Shown here: positions 20,332 to 29,110 of the stretch, piece by piece | Layout of the letters: every line of letters begins with the position of its first letter | How positions within the stretch are numbered: position 1 is the stretch's first letter | Source of the DNA: an uncultured Bacteroidales bacterium | GTDB lineage: Bacteria > Bacteroidota > Bacteroidia > Bacteroidales > P3 | Length of the DNA stretch: 64,000 bases | Direction: 5' to 3' | Assembly: GCA_900318665.1 (NCBI GenBank) | Contig: ONLQ01000003.1 | Location: 12,387-76,386, forward strand | Notes under the pieces: model-generated | Seen by the model: only the letters and a program-made list of their open reading frames with translations | Databases searched by the model: none | Told to the model about the DNA's origin: nothing | Translations under genes and position numbers: made by a program

Positions 20332-20616
20332 TTATTTCCTCTTCGGTTCTGGAATGGGCTGTAGAGAGGCTGTCTGCACCTTTATGCGTACCGACGGAGC
20401 AACCTCTATCGTAGCCATCGCGCCCTCCACGCTCACTATGCTGGCATGAATGCCTGCGGCAGTCATCACTCGGTCGCCCTTGGCAAGGCTGTCGCGATAG
20501 GCTTTTTCTTTCTTTGCCTGCTGGCTCTGCGGACGGATTAGGAAGAAATAGAAGACAATAAGCATCAAAGCAATCATGATAGCGGTCTTCCATCCTGTGG
20601 CAAGTAGAGGTATCAT
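20332..20616 (-). CDS. yajC: preprotein translocase subunit YajC
   Basis: 94 aa. One TM segment, then FFLIRPQ..Q.K....R..L.KGD.V.T..G family pattern. Confidence 0.85.
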   Translation of the reverse strand: MIPLLATGWKTAIMIALMLIVFYFFLIRPQSQQAKKEKAYRDSLAKGDRVMTAAGIHASIVSVEGAMATIEVAPSVRIKVQTASLQPIPEPKRK

Positions 20617-20767
20617 TCTTATAGGGTTTTAATCGTTGTTAGAAATCTGTTTTTGAAAATGCAAAATTACAAATATTTCCGCATACTTGTCCTGCTGTTT
20701 TTTTCTCCAACGTGCCACAAGAACACGCCGTGGCGCATCTTAACGAAAAAGAATGTACCTTTGCGGC

Positions 20768-21316
20768 ATGATTTGGCAGTTGTTTGTCTCTTTTTTCAAG
20801 ATTGGAACATTCACTATTGGCGGTGGTTATGCCATGATACCGCTGATGCAGCGCGAGATTGTGGACCGTCGCCATTGGTATTCCGACGACGATTTCTCAA
20901 ACCAGATAGCCCTCTCGCAGGCCATGCCAGGTGTGTTTGCCGTCAATATGGCAACCGCTGTGGGCTATCGTCAGGCAGGCATTAAAGGCTCGGTAGTGGC
21001 AATTCTTGGCGCAGTGGCTATGCCTATTGTCATAATACTGCTTCTCGCCATGTTTTTCGGCCATTTCAGAGACAACGCCACAATCAACCACATCTTTATG
21101 GGCATCCGTCCAGCCGTTGTGGCTCTCATGGCAGCCATAGTGTTCAACATGGCTCGTGCAACACACATTGGATGGCGCAACGCATGGATGCCTATCACGG
21201 CATTACTGCTCGTATGGCTGCTGGGCATCAGCCCTATGTGGGTCATAATCGGCGCTGCCGTGGCGGGTGTCATCTACGGATATCTGAACGACAAAACAAA
21301 CGTTAGCGGCAAATGA
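20768..21316 (+). CDS. chromate transporter family protein (N-terminal-type half)
   Basis: FFKIGTFTIGGGYAMIPL is the CHR signature. A TACCTTTG box at 20756-20763 lies inside the ORF-track start (20753), so the ATG at 20768 is more likely. Confidence 0.8.
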   Translation: MIWQLFVSFFKIGTFTIGGGYAMIPLMQREIVDRRHWYSDDDFSNQIALSQAMPGVFAVNMATAVGYRQAGIKGSVVAILGAVAMPIVIILLLAMFFGHFRDNATINHIFMGIRPAVVALMAAIVFNMARATHIGWRNAWMPITALLLVWLLGISPMWVIIGAAVAGVIYGYLNDKTNVSGK

Positions 21317-21933
21317 TTTTCTTCCAACTCTTTTTCTCCTTTCTACGCATTGGCCTCTTCACTTTTGGCGGCGGACTGGGCATGGTCGCGCTCATTCAGG
21401 ACGAGGTTGTAGTGCGCAAAGGATGGATGACTGCCGCCGAGTTCACCGATATACTTGCCGTTAGCGAGATGACGCCAGGCCCAGTGGGAATAAATACAGC
21501 AACATACGCAGGCTATACCGCCGTGCTCCATGCGGGCTATGAGCCGTGGGCTGCCGTGCTGGGCTCCGTTATGGCCTCAATAGCGGTAATTATATTCCCT
21601 GCCACTATGATGGTCTTGATGCTGCGTTTCCTGCAACGTCATTCGGGCAACAGCATCATCCAGCAAACGCTTTCCATCCTCCGCGTGGTGGTGATAGGCG
21701 TTATTGCATCGGCAGTGCTACTGCTTGTAGGCGAGAGCAGTTTTGGCAGCATTGGGATGAACCGACAATTCATCGTCAGCCTATTGATTGCCGTGGCGGT
21801 ATTCGCTTTGTCCGTTATCCCTCGTGTAAAAGGAATAACCTTGTTCAACGGTAAAGTAACAATCCACCGCCCCTCGCCAATAACACTAATAATAGCCAGC
21901 GGCATAATCGGCGCAATTGTTTACGGACTATAG
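21313..21933 (+). CDS. chromate transporter family protein (C-terminal-type half)
   Basis: FLRIGLFTFGGGLGMVALIQ is present. It overlaps the previous gene by 4 nt (ATGA). Confidence 0.8.
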   Translation: MIFFQLFFSFLRIGLFTFGGGLGMVALIQDEVVVRKGWMTAAEFTDILAVSEMTPGPVGINTATYAGYTAVLHAGYEPWAAVLGSVMASIAVIIFPATMMVLMLRFLQRHSGNSIIQQTLSILRVVVIGVIASAVLLLVGESSFGSIGMNRQFIVSLLIAVAVFALSVIPRVKGITLFNGKVTIHRPSPITLIIASGIIGAIVYGL

Positions 21934-22006
21934 CCACAATTCGGAACGCACCGCGCGCCGATAGCACCAATTAAATCCTCGTCGAAAGTGGGAATGATGT
22001 CCAATA

Positions 22007-23998
22007 TTATTTCTTATCCGTTACAGGGTAAGAGATGCGGACGTGGTAGATACTCAGCATCTTGCTTTTCAGCATACTGCGGATAGACGAAATGTCGTGG
22101 AACGTTAGCGGGCACTGTCCCATCTGTCCCTGCTCTATCTTGCCGAGCACTATGCTGTCCACCAGTTTGTCTATATTCTCCTTGGTGGGCTCTTTCAGAC
22201 TCTTGCAAGCGGCCTCCACCGAGTCCACAATCATCACCACCGCCGTCTCGCGCGAATAAGGACGCGGACCAGGATAGCGGAACACCGAGTCGTCGAACTT
22301 CTCGTCTGGATGTGCCTCTTTGTATTTGGCATAGAAATAGCCCGTATAGGTTGTGCCGTGGTGAGTGCGGATAAAATCGCATATCTCGGCAGGCAGGTGA
22401 TATTTATGAGCCAAATCGATGCCGTCGTGCACATGCTGCGTTATGATACGCGCGCTTTCGGTGTAGGGCAACTCGCTGTGGGGGTTGTATCCAGAGTTCT
22501 GATTTTCGGTAAAATAGATAGGCGCGTTAATCTTGCCTATGTCGTGATAGAGGCCGCCGACCTTTGCCAGCAGTGCGTTGCCGCCAATCTCGTTGACAAG
22601 GTCCTCGCTGATGTTTGCCACCTGCATACAATGCTGGAAAGTGCCAGGGGCTTTGCGTGACAGTTCGCGCAGAGCGGGCGTGTTGGTATTGGCTATCTCC
22701 ATCAGCGTCAGATTGGTAGTAACGTGGAACACCTTCTCGTATATATATATGAGAGGGTAGGCCAGAAGGGTTAGCACGGCATTGAGGAAGAACACCACAT
22801 AGCGGTCGGGGCGAAGGTTGTGCAGGTGGGTGTCCTGCCACAGTATTCCGCAGGTGTAGATGAGCGAATAGGTCAGAAAGACAACGAGACACGCCACAAA
22901 GAACTGACTCCTGCGCTCAAACTCGCGAACGGTGATGATTGACATCATTCCGGCGGTGAGTTGATAGAAGATAAACTCAAAACTGTCGGGCACCATGTGA
23001 CCGAGTATCACAATGGTAGATATATGTACATAGAGAGCCGTGCGCATATCGAAAATGACGTGCATCAGTATAGGTCCGATACATAGCGGCACCACGAGCA
23101 CCCATGCCGGACGCACATGGATTACAAAGGCCGTCATGGCAGCCATCAGCACTATGGTTGTCAAAATCATAAGCACGCTGTGCATATCTTCCAGCAGGCC
23201 GTGATTGCTGATATTAAGGAACATGAATAGGGCCAAAAATGCAATGGCGCACAGCATGAAACGCCCGAAATAGTGGGCCACAGGATTGAACTGCTTGACA
23301 AAGCGCTTGTCGTTGTCGGCCTCGAGCGACGCTATAATGCGAGCCTTCTCGTCGGTAATATACTCGCCTTTCGACACTATCAGTTCGCCCGTAAGCACCG
23401 TCTGCGACGAATACTGCAACTGCGAAAGGCGCGAGTCGAGTTCCATCTGCGTGCGGTTGGCATCAAAACAGACGCTGGGAACCAGCACGCTGTCGCGCAG
23501 AAAAGCATTGGCAATGCTGGAAGGCTCAACAAACTCCGACGGCGAGTGTTCCGAACCTACATTTCCTTGCAAAATCACTATGGTGTGGTCGGCAATATCG
23601 GGATAGTCTGGCGACAGTTCTATATATCCGCGCTGATAAATGCTGTCCATGCTTTTGCGCATACGCTGCATCTCGACATACGACAAAGTCCGCCTATATT
23701 GCGCAAGGCGGCTCATTGCCGTGGCGTGCGCCGCACTGTCAATCTGATAGTAAAGCGTGCTTTGCGCCTTGGCCAAAGCCATCTCCTGGTTCAGTTCGCT
23801 CTCGCTCTTTATGATGGGGAAGTCGTGAGGCGCATAGAGGTCGTTGTCTTTCCAAAAACTCCCTGGCGAGTAGTCGTAATGCTCGCCTTGCTGTTTCTGC
23901 GGGAACATTATCATTATTACAACTATGGCAATGATAATGGCAAGAAACTTATTGATAAGTGGGAGCCGCCTTACGGCATTAGCGAAAAACTCTTTCAT
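22007..23998 (-). CDS. 7TM-receptor HDIG-domain phosphohydrolase (PgpH-like)
   Basis: 663 aa. An extracellular N-terminal domain is followed by 7 TM helices and the HD domain LYHDIGK...HHG. Confidence 0.85.
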   Translation of the reverse strand: MKEFFANAVRRLPLINKFLAIIIAIVVIMIMFPQKQQGEHYDYSPGSFWKDNDLYAPHDFPIIKSESELNQEMALAKAQSTLYYQIDSAAHATAMSRLAQYRRTLSYVEMQRMRKSMDSIYQRGYIELSPDYPDIADHTIVILQGNVGSEHSPSEFVEPSSIANAFLRDSVLVPSVCFDANRTQMELDSRLSQLQYSSQTVLTGELIVSKGEYITDEKARIIASLEADNDKRFVKQFNPVAHYFGRFMLCAIAFLALFMFLNISNHGLLEDMHSVLMILTTIVLMAAMTAFVIHVRPAWVLVVPLCIGPILMHVIFDMRTALYVHISTIVILGHMVPDSFEFIFYQLTAGMMSIITVREFERRSQFFVACLVVFLTYSLIYTCGILWQDTHLHNLRPDRYVVFFLNAVLTLLAYPLIYIYEKVFHVTTNLTLMEIANTNTPALRELSRKAPGTFQHCMQVANISEDLVNEIGGNALLAKVGGLYHDIGKINAPIYFTENQNSGYNPHSELPYTESARIITQHVHDGIDLAHKYHLPAEICDFIRTHHGTTYTGYFYAKYKEAHPDEKFDDSVFRYPGPRPYSRETAVVMIVDSVEAACKSLKEPTKENIDKLVDSIVLGKIEQGQMGQCPLTFHDISSIRSMLKSKMLSIYHVRISYPVTDKK

Positions 23999-24032
23999 GT
24001 GCAGGTCTATTCGTATTAAGCAATAAAGATTG

Positions 24033-24040
24033 CAAAGTTA
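24033..24040 (-). promoter_or_regulatory. -7 box (TAACTTTG on the minus strand) for the HD gene
   Basis: The complement of caaagtta, 35 nt upstream of the ATG at 23998. Confidence 0.45.
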
Positions 24041-24518
24041 CACAAAATCCAACAAATTCACACAACCAGACAAAAAACGACTTAATCCTCGAACAATATT
24101 CTTAATGGATTTTAGCATAACATTGTTCCCAAAAAACTTGTTCTGCTTTTTTTCAAAGACTTAATGATAACCGATAGAAAAGGCAATAATATACAAGTAA
24201 TCCAGTCATAAAAAAGGTCTTTCATGTTTTTTGATTAGTTTCTCAGAAAAAAAGTAAATTTGCAAACGCTTACGCGCACGATGTAAGACATACAAGAAAA
24301 GCATTGTTATTAAGTCCTTACTTGTAAATTCGGTTGAACTCCGTGAAGTATGCTCCATGTATAAACATAATGTTTTTTTATACCTTTAAAGGTTACAAAA
24401 AGTAAATCGATGAGAGGCACTTAAGTCTCATTTTTTTATAGATGACCCTGCCCGTGGGAGGTATGAAAATACAAAATGACTAACGGGAAGAGTGTCAAAG
24501 ACGAATAAAATAAGATTT

Positions 24519-25406
24519 ATGGAAAATATAAAAAACATAACAGACATCCTTTTCGCAAAGATTTCTGAACTAATAGATCAATCGCGAGGCTTCGTAGTTA
24601 ATGCTGTCAACGTGGCGGAGGTCAGAACTCGCTTTGAGGTGGGACGCTATATTTTTGAGGATGAGCAGCGGGGCGAACGTGCCACATACGGCCAACGGGT
24701 GTTGAAAAAACTCTCTGCCCGACTGATGGAACATTATGGCAACGATTGGAGTTATGATACACTTGTAAGATGTCGGAAATTCTATCAAGCATACGAACAT
24801 GCAGAAATTGTGGCAATGGCGTTGCCACAATTAGAAGAAACAACACAATCACCAGAAAGCAAGAAACTTACAAATTGGGGCAACGGTGTTGCCACAATTC
24901 AGATGCCCCGTTTCACACTCTCATGGTCGCACTACCTAATCTTGATGCGAATCGAGAATAAAGAAGCCCGCAGTTTCTATGAGATTGAGGCGACCCAGTA
25001 ACAGTGGTCTGTCAAACAACTGAAGCGTCAGGTGGGTAGCAGCCTCTATGAGCGATTGGCATTGAGCCGCGACAAAGACGAAGTGATGCGGCTGGCCAGG
25101 GAAGGGCAAACCGTCGAAAAGCCGTCCGACATCATCAAGAACCCCATCACGCTGGAGTTCCTTGGCCTCAAGCCCAATGCCGCCTATACAGAGTCGAGGT
25201 TGGAGAACGCCATCATTGGCCGCATGCAGCAGTTCCTGTTGGAACTGGGAAAAGGATTCCTGTTCGAGGCCCGACAGAAACGCTTCACCTTCGAGGAACG
25301 TAACTTCTATGTCGATTTGGTGTTTATGTTCCATGGATTTGATACGACAGAGCATGAGGATAATGACAAAGTACGCCAAAACAAAGCATACAGGTGCGCT
25401 GCCTGA
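24519..25406 (+). pseudogene. DUF1016 / YhcG-type PD-(D/E)XK nuclease, disrupted
   Basis: ORFs 24492-25001 and 25032-25406 are in the same frame and are separated only by a TAA at 24999-25001 (...YEIEATQ*QWSVKQLKRQVGSSLYERLALS...). Family similarity ends after FYVDLVF (~25326), and the E.K part of the nuclease motif is missing. Confidence 0.7.
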
Positions 25407-25473
25407 ATGGTGTAAGCCTTTTATCAATCTGTTCAGAATGCGTTGTAAAAAGTTTGAGAACGCACAATAAATC

Positions 25474-25530
25474 TCCTCACATCGCGTTATCAACCTGTAA
25501 TCACTAGGGATATTGTCGCCAATGTGAGGA
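25474..25530. repeat. 9-bp perfect inverted repeat (tcctcacat / atgtgagga) with a 39-nt spacer
   Basis: Read directly from the sequence. It lies in the gap between the DUF1016 remnant and the HU-like gene, 36 nt upstream of the ATG at 25566. Confidence 0.6.
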
Positions 25531-25565
25531 CAAATATACAGTAGAACACGCAATAATGGAATAAC

Positions 25566-26000
25566 ATGGCCTATTATCGTAAACGCAAATCAAGCCTCAC
25601 GGGTTTGTGGACGCCAGTCGCTGTTTCGACTCAGATGGTTGATGAAGAGTATCTGGCACGTCTTATCGGGCAACGCTCAACTGTACACGCTGCCGATATT
25701 GCTGCCGTCCTTACCGCTTTGCCTGAGGTTATAAGCGAGGCATTGGCTGATGGATTCAGCGTACAGTTGGGCAAACTTGGCTCATTCAATTTGGTCGTAG
25801 AATGTGAAAAGACGGGCGTGGCCACTTCTGCCGAGGTCTCGCCAAAGCAGATAACCAACGTCAAGGTTCAATTCCGTCCACCTCGCAAAATGCTCTGGAT
25901 GGGTGATGGGCGCAAGCGTCAGAACATGCTCCTCAATCGCCCGTACGAGTGGATTGAGTTGCCGCCCCGTCCAGGCAGCAAGGCGAGTGAGGAGGACTAA
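25566..26000 (+). CDS. HU-family (Bacteroidales HU-HIG type) DNA-binding protein
   Basis: 144 aa. The pattern ...LIGQRSTVHAADIAAVLTALPEVISEALADGFSVQLGKLGSF.L... is an HU-fold core, followed by a basic, proline-rich tail. Confidence 0.65.
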   Translation: MAYYRKRKSSLTGLWTPVAVSTQMVDEEYLARLIGQRSTVHAADIAAVLTALPEVISEALADGFSVQLGKLGSFNLVVECEKTGVATSAEVSPKQITNVKVQFRPPRKMLWMGDGRKRQNMLLNRPYEWIELPPRPGSKASEED

Positions 26001-26013
26001 AAAATAAAACGAC

Positions 26014-27090
26014 ATGAACACTCTGCCACAATCAAGAACGCTACCCATAGAACCGCTGACGCGCATCTTCAAGAACACGTCCGCGACGTATAAGTTCTAT
26101 TGGTTTATGGGCATCCTAGACCTATATGTCAAGAAGGACATGAAACGGATGAGCATTTGGGACCTTATGGTTGAGATGACTGCCAATGCTTGGTATCCAG
26201 TTAGCTATTTCCGGCTTTCGTTTGGCAAAAGCGACTCGCTGCGCGATGCTATTATCTCGCTGCAAGAGGTGAACAACCTTCCGATGAATATTAACCCTAA
26301 CGAGTTACGCCGTTGGCTGCACAACCACAAGAACGACACGATGGTGCGTCGCACGCTCGATTTCCTGCCCAAGAATGTGCCCTATTGGTTCCTGCGTCCG
26401 TGGATTGATGTGGCCGACACCAAAGAGATAATGCATCGTTCGCAGTCGTTGGAAAACAGCTGTCTCTACAAACTGACCAAAGAGGATGACACCATCTGGG
26501 TCGAACTGAACAGCAGGTGGTTGACCTACCTCAAAGAGAACTACGTCATTCTAAAAGACTTCGCCTATTGGAATCTCTCGTCGTTCCTGCAAGTACGTAA
26601 TCCCAATGTGCCTAACATTGCCACCAAGTTAGTGAAAGTGGAGAGTCGGCAAGCATTGACCAAACAGCGTAACCTGTGGGACTTCGTACTTGAACACTCA
26701 CAGCCGATGAACTGCATCTACACTGGCAATACGTTGGAAGTCGGCAATTACGACCTTGATCATTTTATCCCGTGGAGCTTCGTGTCGCACAACCTTTTGT
26801 GGAACCTTATCCCTGCCGACAGCAGTATCAACTCGTCAAAAAGCGACCGACTGCCAGACCTCGACCGCTATCTGCTACCTTACGCACAAACCCACCAAAT
26901 GGCCGTTCGCACATGCATTGAGGGCAACTATCGGAACAAGGAACTGCTCGATGATTACATATCGCTCGGCTGTACACCGCAGGAACTATCGCAAATGAGC
27001 AAAACAAACCTTGTGAACTGCTTCAAGCGAACCTTCGTACCAATGAGCCAGATTGCACAAAACATGGGATTTGAAGTATGGAGAAACTAA
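26014..27090 (+). CDS. HNH endonuclease with a ~235-aa uncharacterised N-terminal region
   Basis: 358 aa. The C-terminal CIYTGNTLEVGNYDLDHFIPWSFVSHNLLWNLIPADSSINSSKSDRLP is an HNH (beta-beta-alpha-Me) motif. I cannot assign the N-terminus (FKNTSATYKFYWFMGILDL...). Confidence 0.8.
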   Translation: MNTLPQSRTLPIEPLTRIFKNTSATYKFYWFMGILDLYVKKDMKRMSIWDLMVEMTANAWYPVSYFRLSFGKSDSLRDAIISLQEVNNLPMNINPNELRRWLHNHKNDTMVRRTLDFLPKNVPYWFLRPWIDVADTKEIMHRSQSLENSCLYKLTKEDDTIWVELNSRWLTYLKENYVILKDFAYWNLSSFLQVRNPNVPNIATKLVKVESRQALTKQRNLWDFVLEHSQPMNCIYTGNTLEVGNYDLDHFIPWSFVSHNLLWNLIPADSSINSSKSDRLPDLDRYLLPYAQTHQMAVRTCIEGNYRNKELLDDYISLGCTPQELSQMSKTNLVNCFKRTFVPMSQIAQNMGFEVWRN

Positions 27091-27959
27091 CGCACATAGA
27101 ACCCGAGAAGATAAACCGTCCATATCTGACGGCCATCAAGCGGACAGACCTTTCTGTGCCCACACGATACCTTATGCAACACGGATTGTTGAGAGGTAAG
27201 ATATTGGATTTTGGATGCGGTTTCGGTTTTGATACTGATGAACTATGTAGGCAGGGGTACAATGTCATTGGCTATGACTATTATTATCGCCCAGATTTCC
27301 CCATTGGAAAGTTTGATACCATTTTGTGTAACTATGTGTTGAATGTCCTTGAACCCTATGCACAAGCAGAGGTGTTGATGAATGTTGCTAATTTGCTATC
27401 GCCCAAAGGTACTGCTTTTTTTGCCGTGCGTAGAGATTTGACAGAAGAAGGTTTTCGGCTTCACGCCATCCACAAGCAATACACCTACCAATGCAACGTC
27501 ATACTTCCTTATAAAAGCATAGTTTCCAACGCAAGCTACGAACTATATCAATATAATCACTTCAACAAACTGCCTCGTGTTGAAGGCGAGAAATGTCCAT
27601 TCTGCAAACTCTCACGCCGCGTTGAAATAATATGTGAGACTACAACCTGTGTGGCTTTCTACGATGGTTACCCTGTTTCTCCCGGACATGCGCTCATAAT
27701 ACCCAAAAGACATGTCGCATCATATCGAGACCTAAGTCGTCAAGAGCGTTATGATATGGATGAAATAAGGGAATATGTGATGCGTAAGATAGATGAACGA
27801 TTTCAACCAGATGGTTACAATGTCGGAATTAATATCAACAAAGCGGCCGGCCAATCCGTTTTCCATTGTCACATGCACATTATTCCTAGATATAAAGGTG
27901 ATGTACCCAACCCCAAGGGCGGTGTACGTGGCGTTATTCCTCAAAAACAGAAATATTAA
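27078..27959 (+). CDS. fusion protein: class I SAM-dependent methyltransferase domain + HIT (histidine triad) domain
   Basis: 293 aa. ILDFGCGFGFD is SAM motif I, followed by GYD and ILCNYVLNVLEP. The C-terminal KCPFCKL...YDGYPVSPGHALIIPKRHV...HCHMHIIPR contains HxHxHxx. The ATG overlaps the HNH stop region by 13 nt. Confidence 0.8.
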   Translation: MEKLTHIEPEKINRPYLTAIKRTDLSVPTRYLMQHGLLRGKILDFGCGFGFDTDELCRQGYNVIGYDYYYRPDFPIGKFDTILCNYVLNVLEPYAQAEVLMNVANLLSPKGTAFFAVRRDLTEEGFRLHAIHKQYTYQCNVILPYKSIVSNASYELYQYNHFNKLPRVEGEKCPFCKLSRRVEIICETTTCVAFYDGYPVSPGHALIIPKRHVASYRDLSRQERYDMDEIREYVMRKIDERFQPDGYNVGININKAAGQSVFHCHMHIIPRYKGDVPNPKGGVRGVIPQKQKY

Positions 27960-28038
27960 TATTTACAACAATATGGATCCAGAATACGAAAACATAACAA
28001 TCATCTTAAGCATTGAGAAACATAAATAATAAAATAGA

Positions 28039-29106
28039 ATGGAGAAAAAATATTTAAAACATAGTTTAAGTAAATTGACGGATTCCGAATACAAAGAGGC
28101 TGTTCTTAGCGCCAGTAGTATCTTGGATACGGATGATGGAGAAGACTGGTGCAAGCTGATTCTTAGAATTGCAGACGAGATAAAAAGAAGAAACGGGCTG
28201 GAAGAAGCCATAAAATACCTTGATGCCAGACGATCCGATTATGAAAGAGTGTTCAGTAATTTATTTGACAAAAGTGCTGAGATACTCAAGAAGACTTGTT
28301 ATTTCAATCTGGAAAACAACACAATTCATTCTTATGATAAAGCAAAAGAAAATATAGTTAGATATATATATAATGCTCTTGCCCAGATAGATTACAAGGC
28401 CACATATGATAAAATGCCTTACTACAGTTTTAGGTGCTTTTCGGAATACTCTTTAAACGATGTAAAGAACCAGAAATTAACCCTATCACATCCTCGTGAG
28501 TTTAATGACCCTTTGGATACTTTACTTGTTTGGTGGATGGTATCTGAAATCGAGAGCCCTGGTAGTTCTGACATTAACAAGAAATACACTCTCTTGTTGA
28601 AGAAAGTGTCTGAAAGTATTAAAATACGGTGTTTAGTCGCAGGTAAGAAAGGCAAAGAAACCATTCCAGTGGAAGATCTTTCAAGCCTTATGTGGGCACA
28701 CTATGCAAACAGTCATAAAGGTTTTTGTGTAGAATATGAGTTTGATAGATCTTTTACCTCTAGAGACCCATCTAAAGGCAATATTGTCTTGCTAAATGGA
28801 ATCAACTATACTAGCAAACTTGAAACACATGGCGAACCTTCCATCAAAGAAGCTCTGTTTAACAAAGGAGAGTTTTGGAATTACGAAAATGAGGTTAGAT
28901 TGGTAATGTTTAATGCAGAAATAGAAGAAGATTTCCCGTCACTATCTTGCGAAGGAAGAATTAAAGCCATATATTTGGGGGTTAAGTGTACAGATGAAAA
29001 TAGAAGAAAGATGGAAAGAGCTATTGGCCATAAGGATATACCCTTGTACCAAATGAAAATTGATGAGAACAATCTTATGCATTTTAAAAAACAACAAATA
29101 GGATAA
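28039..29106 (+). CDS. DUF2971 domain protein with an N-terminal helical extension
   Basis: 355 aa. LSHPREFNDPLD, LMWAHYANSHKGFCVEYEF, FWNYENEVRLV and IKAIYLGVKC follow the conserved DUF2971 order. The sequence is very AT-rich. Confidence 0.75.
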   Translation: MEKKYLKHSLSKLTDSEYKEAVLSASSILDTDDGEDWCKLILRIADEIKRRNGLEEAIKYLDARRSDYERVFSNLFDKSAEILKKTCYFNLENNTIHSYDKAKENIVRYIYNALAQIDYKATYDKMPYYSFRCFSEYSLNDVKNQKLTLSHPREFNDPLDTLLVWWMVSEIESPGSSDINKKYTLLLKKVSESIKIRCLVAGKKGKETIPVEDLSSLMWAHYANSHKGFCVEYEFDRSFTSRDPSKGNIVLLNGINYTSKLETHGEPSIKEALFNKGEFWNYENEVRLVMFNAEIEEDFPSLSCEGRIKAIYLGVKCTDENRRKMERAIGHKDIPLYQMKIDENNLMHFKKQQIG

Positions 29107-29110
29107 TACC

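Noticed and set aside
20753-21933. The two adjacent chromate-transporter genes considered as a split (frameshifted) pseudogene.
   Set aside because: Each half carries its own complete CHR signature (F.KIG..TFGGG.....). The 4-nt ATGA overlap is the normal two-gene short-CHR arrangement.
24936-25553. A 205-aa minus-strand ORF across the DUF1016 remnant.
   Set aside because: It is antisense to recognisable YhcG sequence, has no motif or start context, and is best explained as a shadow ORF.
26014-27959. The HNH + methyltransferase pair considered as a classical type II restriction-modification system.
   Set aside because: The methyltransferase shows no (D/N/S)PP(Y/F) or PC/ENV DNA-MTase motifs that I can see. 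It looks like a small-molecule-type class I enzyme fused to HIT, so I kept it as an uncharacterised module rather than calling it R-M.
27973-28029. An 18-codon mini-ORF (MDPEYENITIILSIEKHK) in the gap before the DUF2971 gene, considered as a possible antitoxin or leader peptide.
   Set aside because: It is too short and has no supporting signal. AT-rich spacers generate such ORFs by chance. It is only worth revisiting if Ribo-seq data exist.
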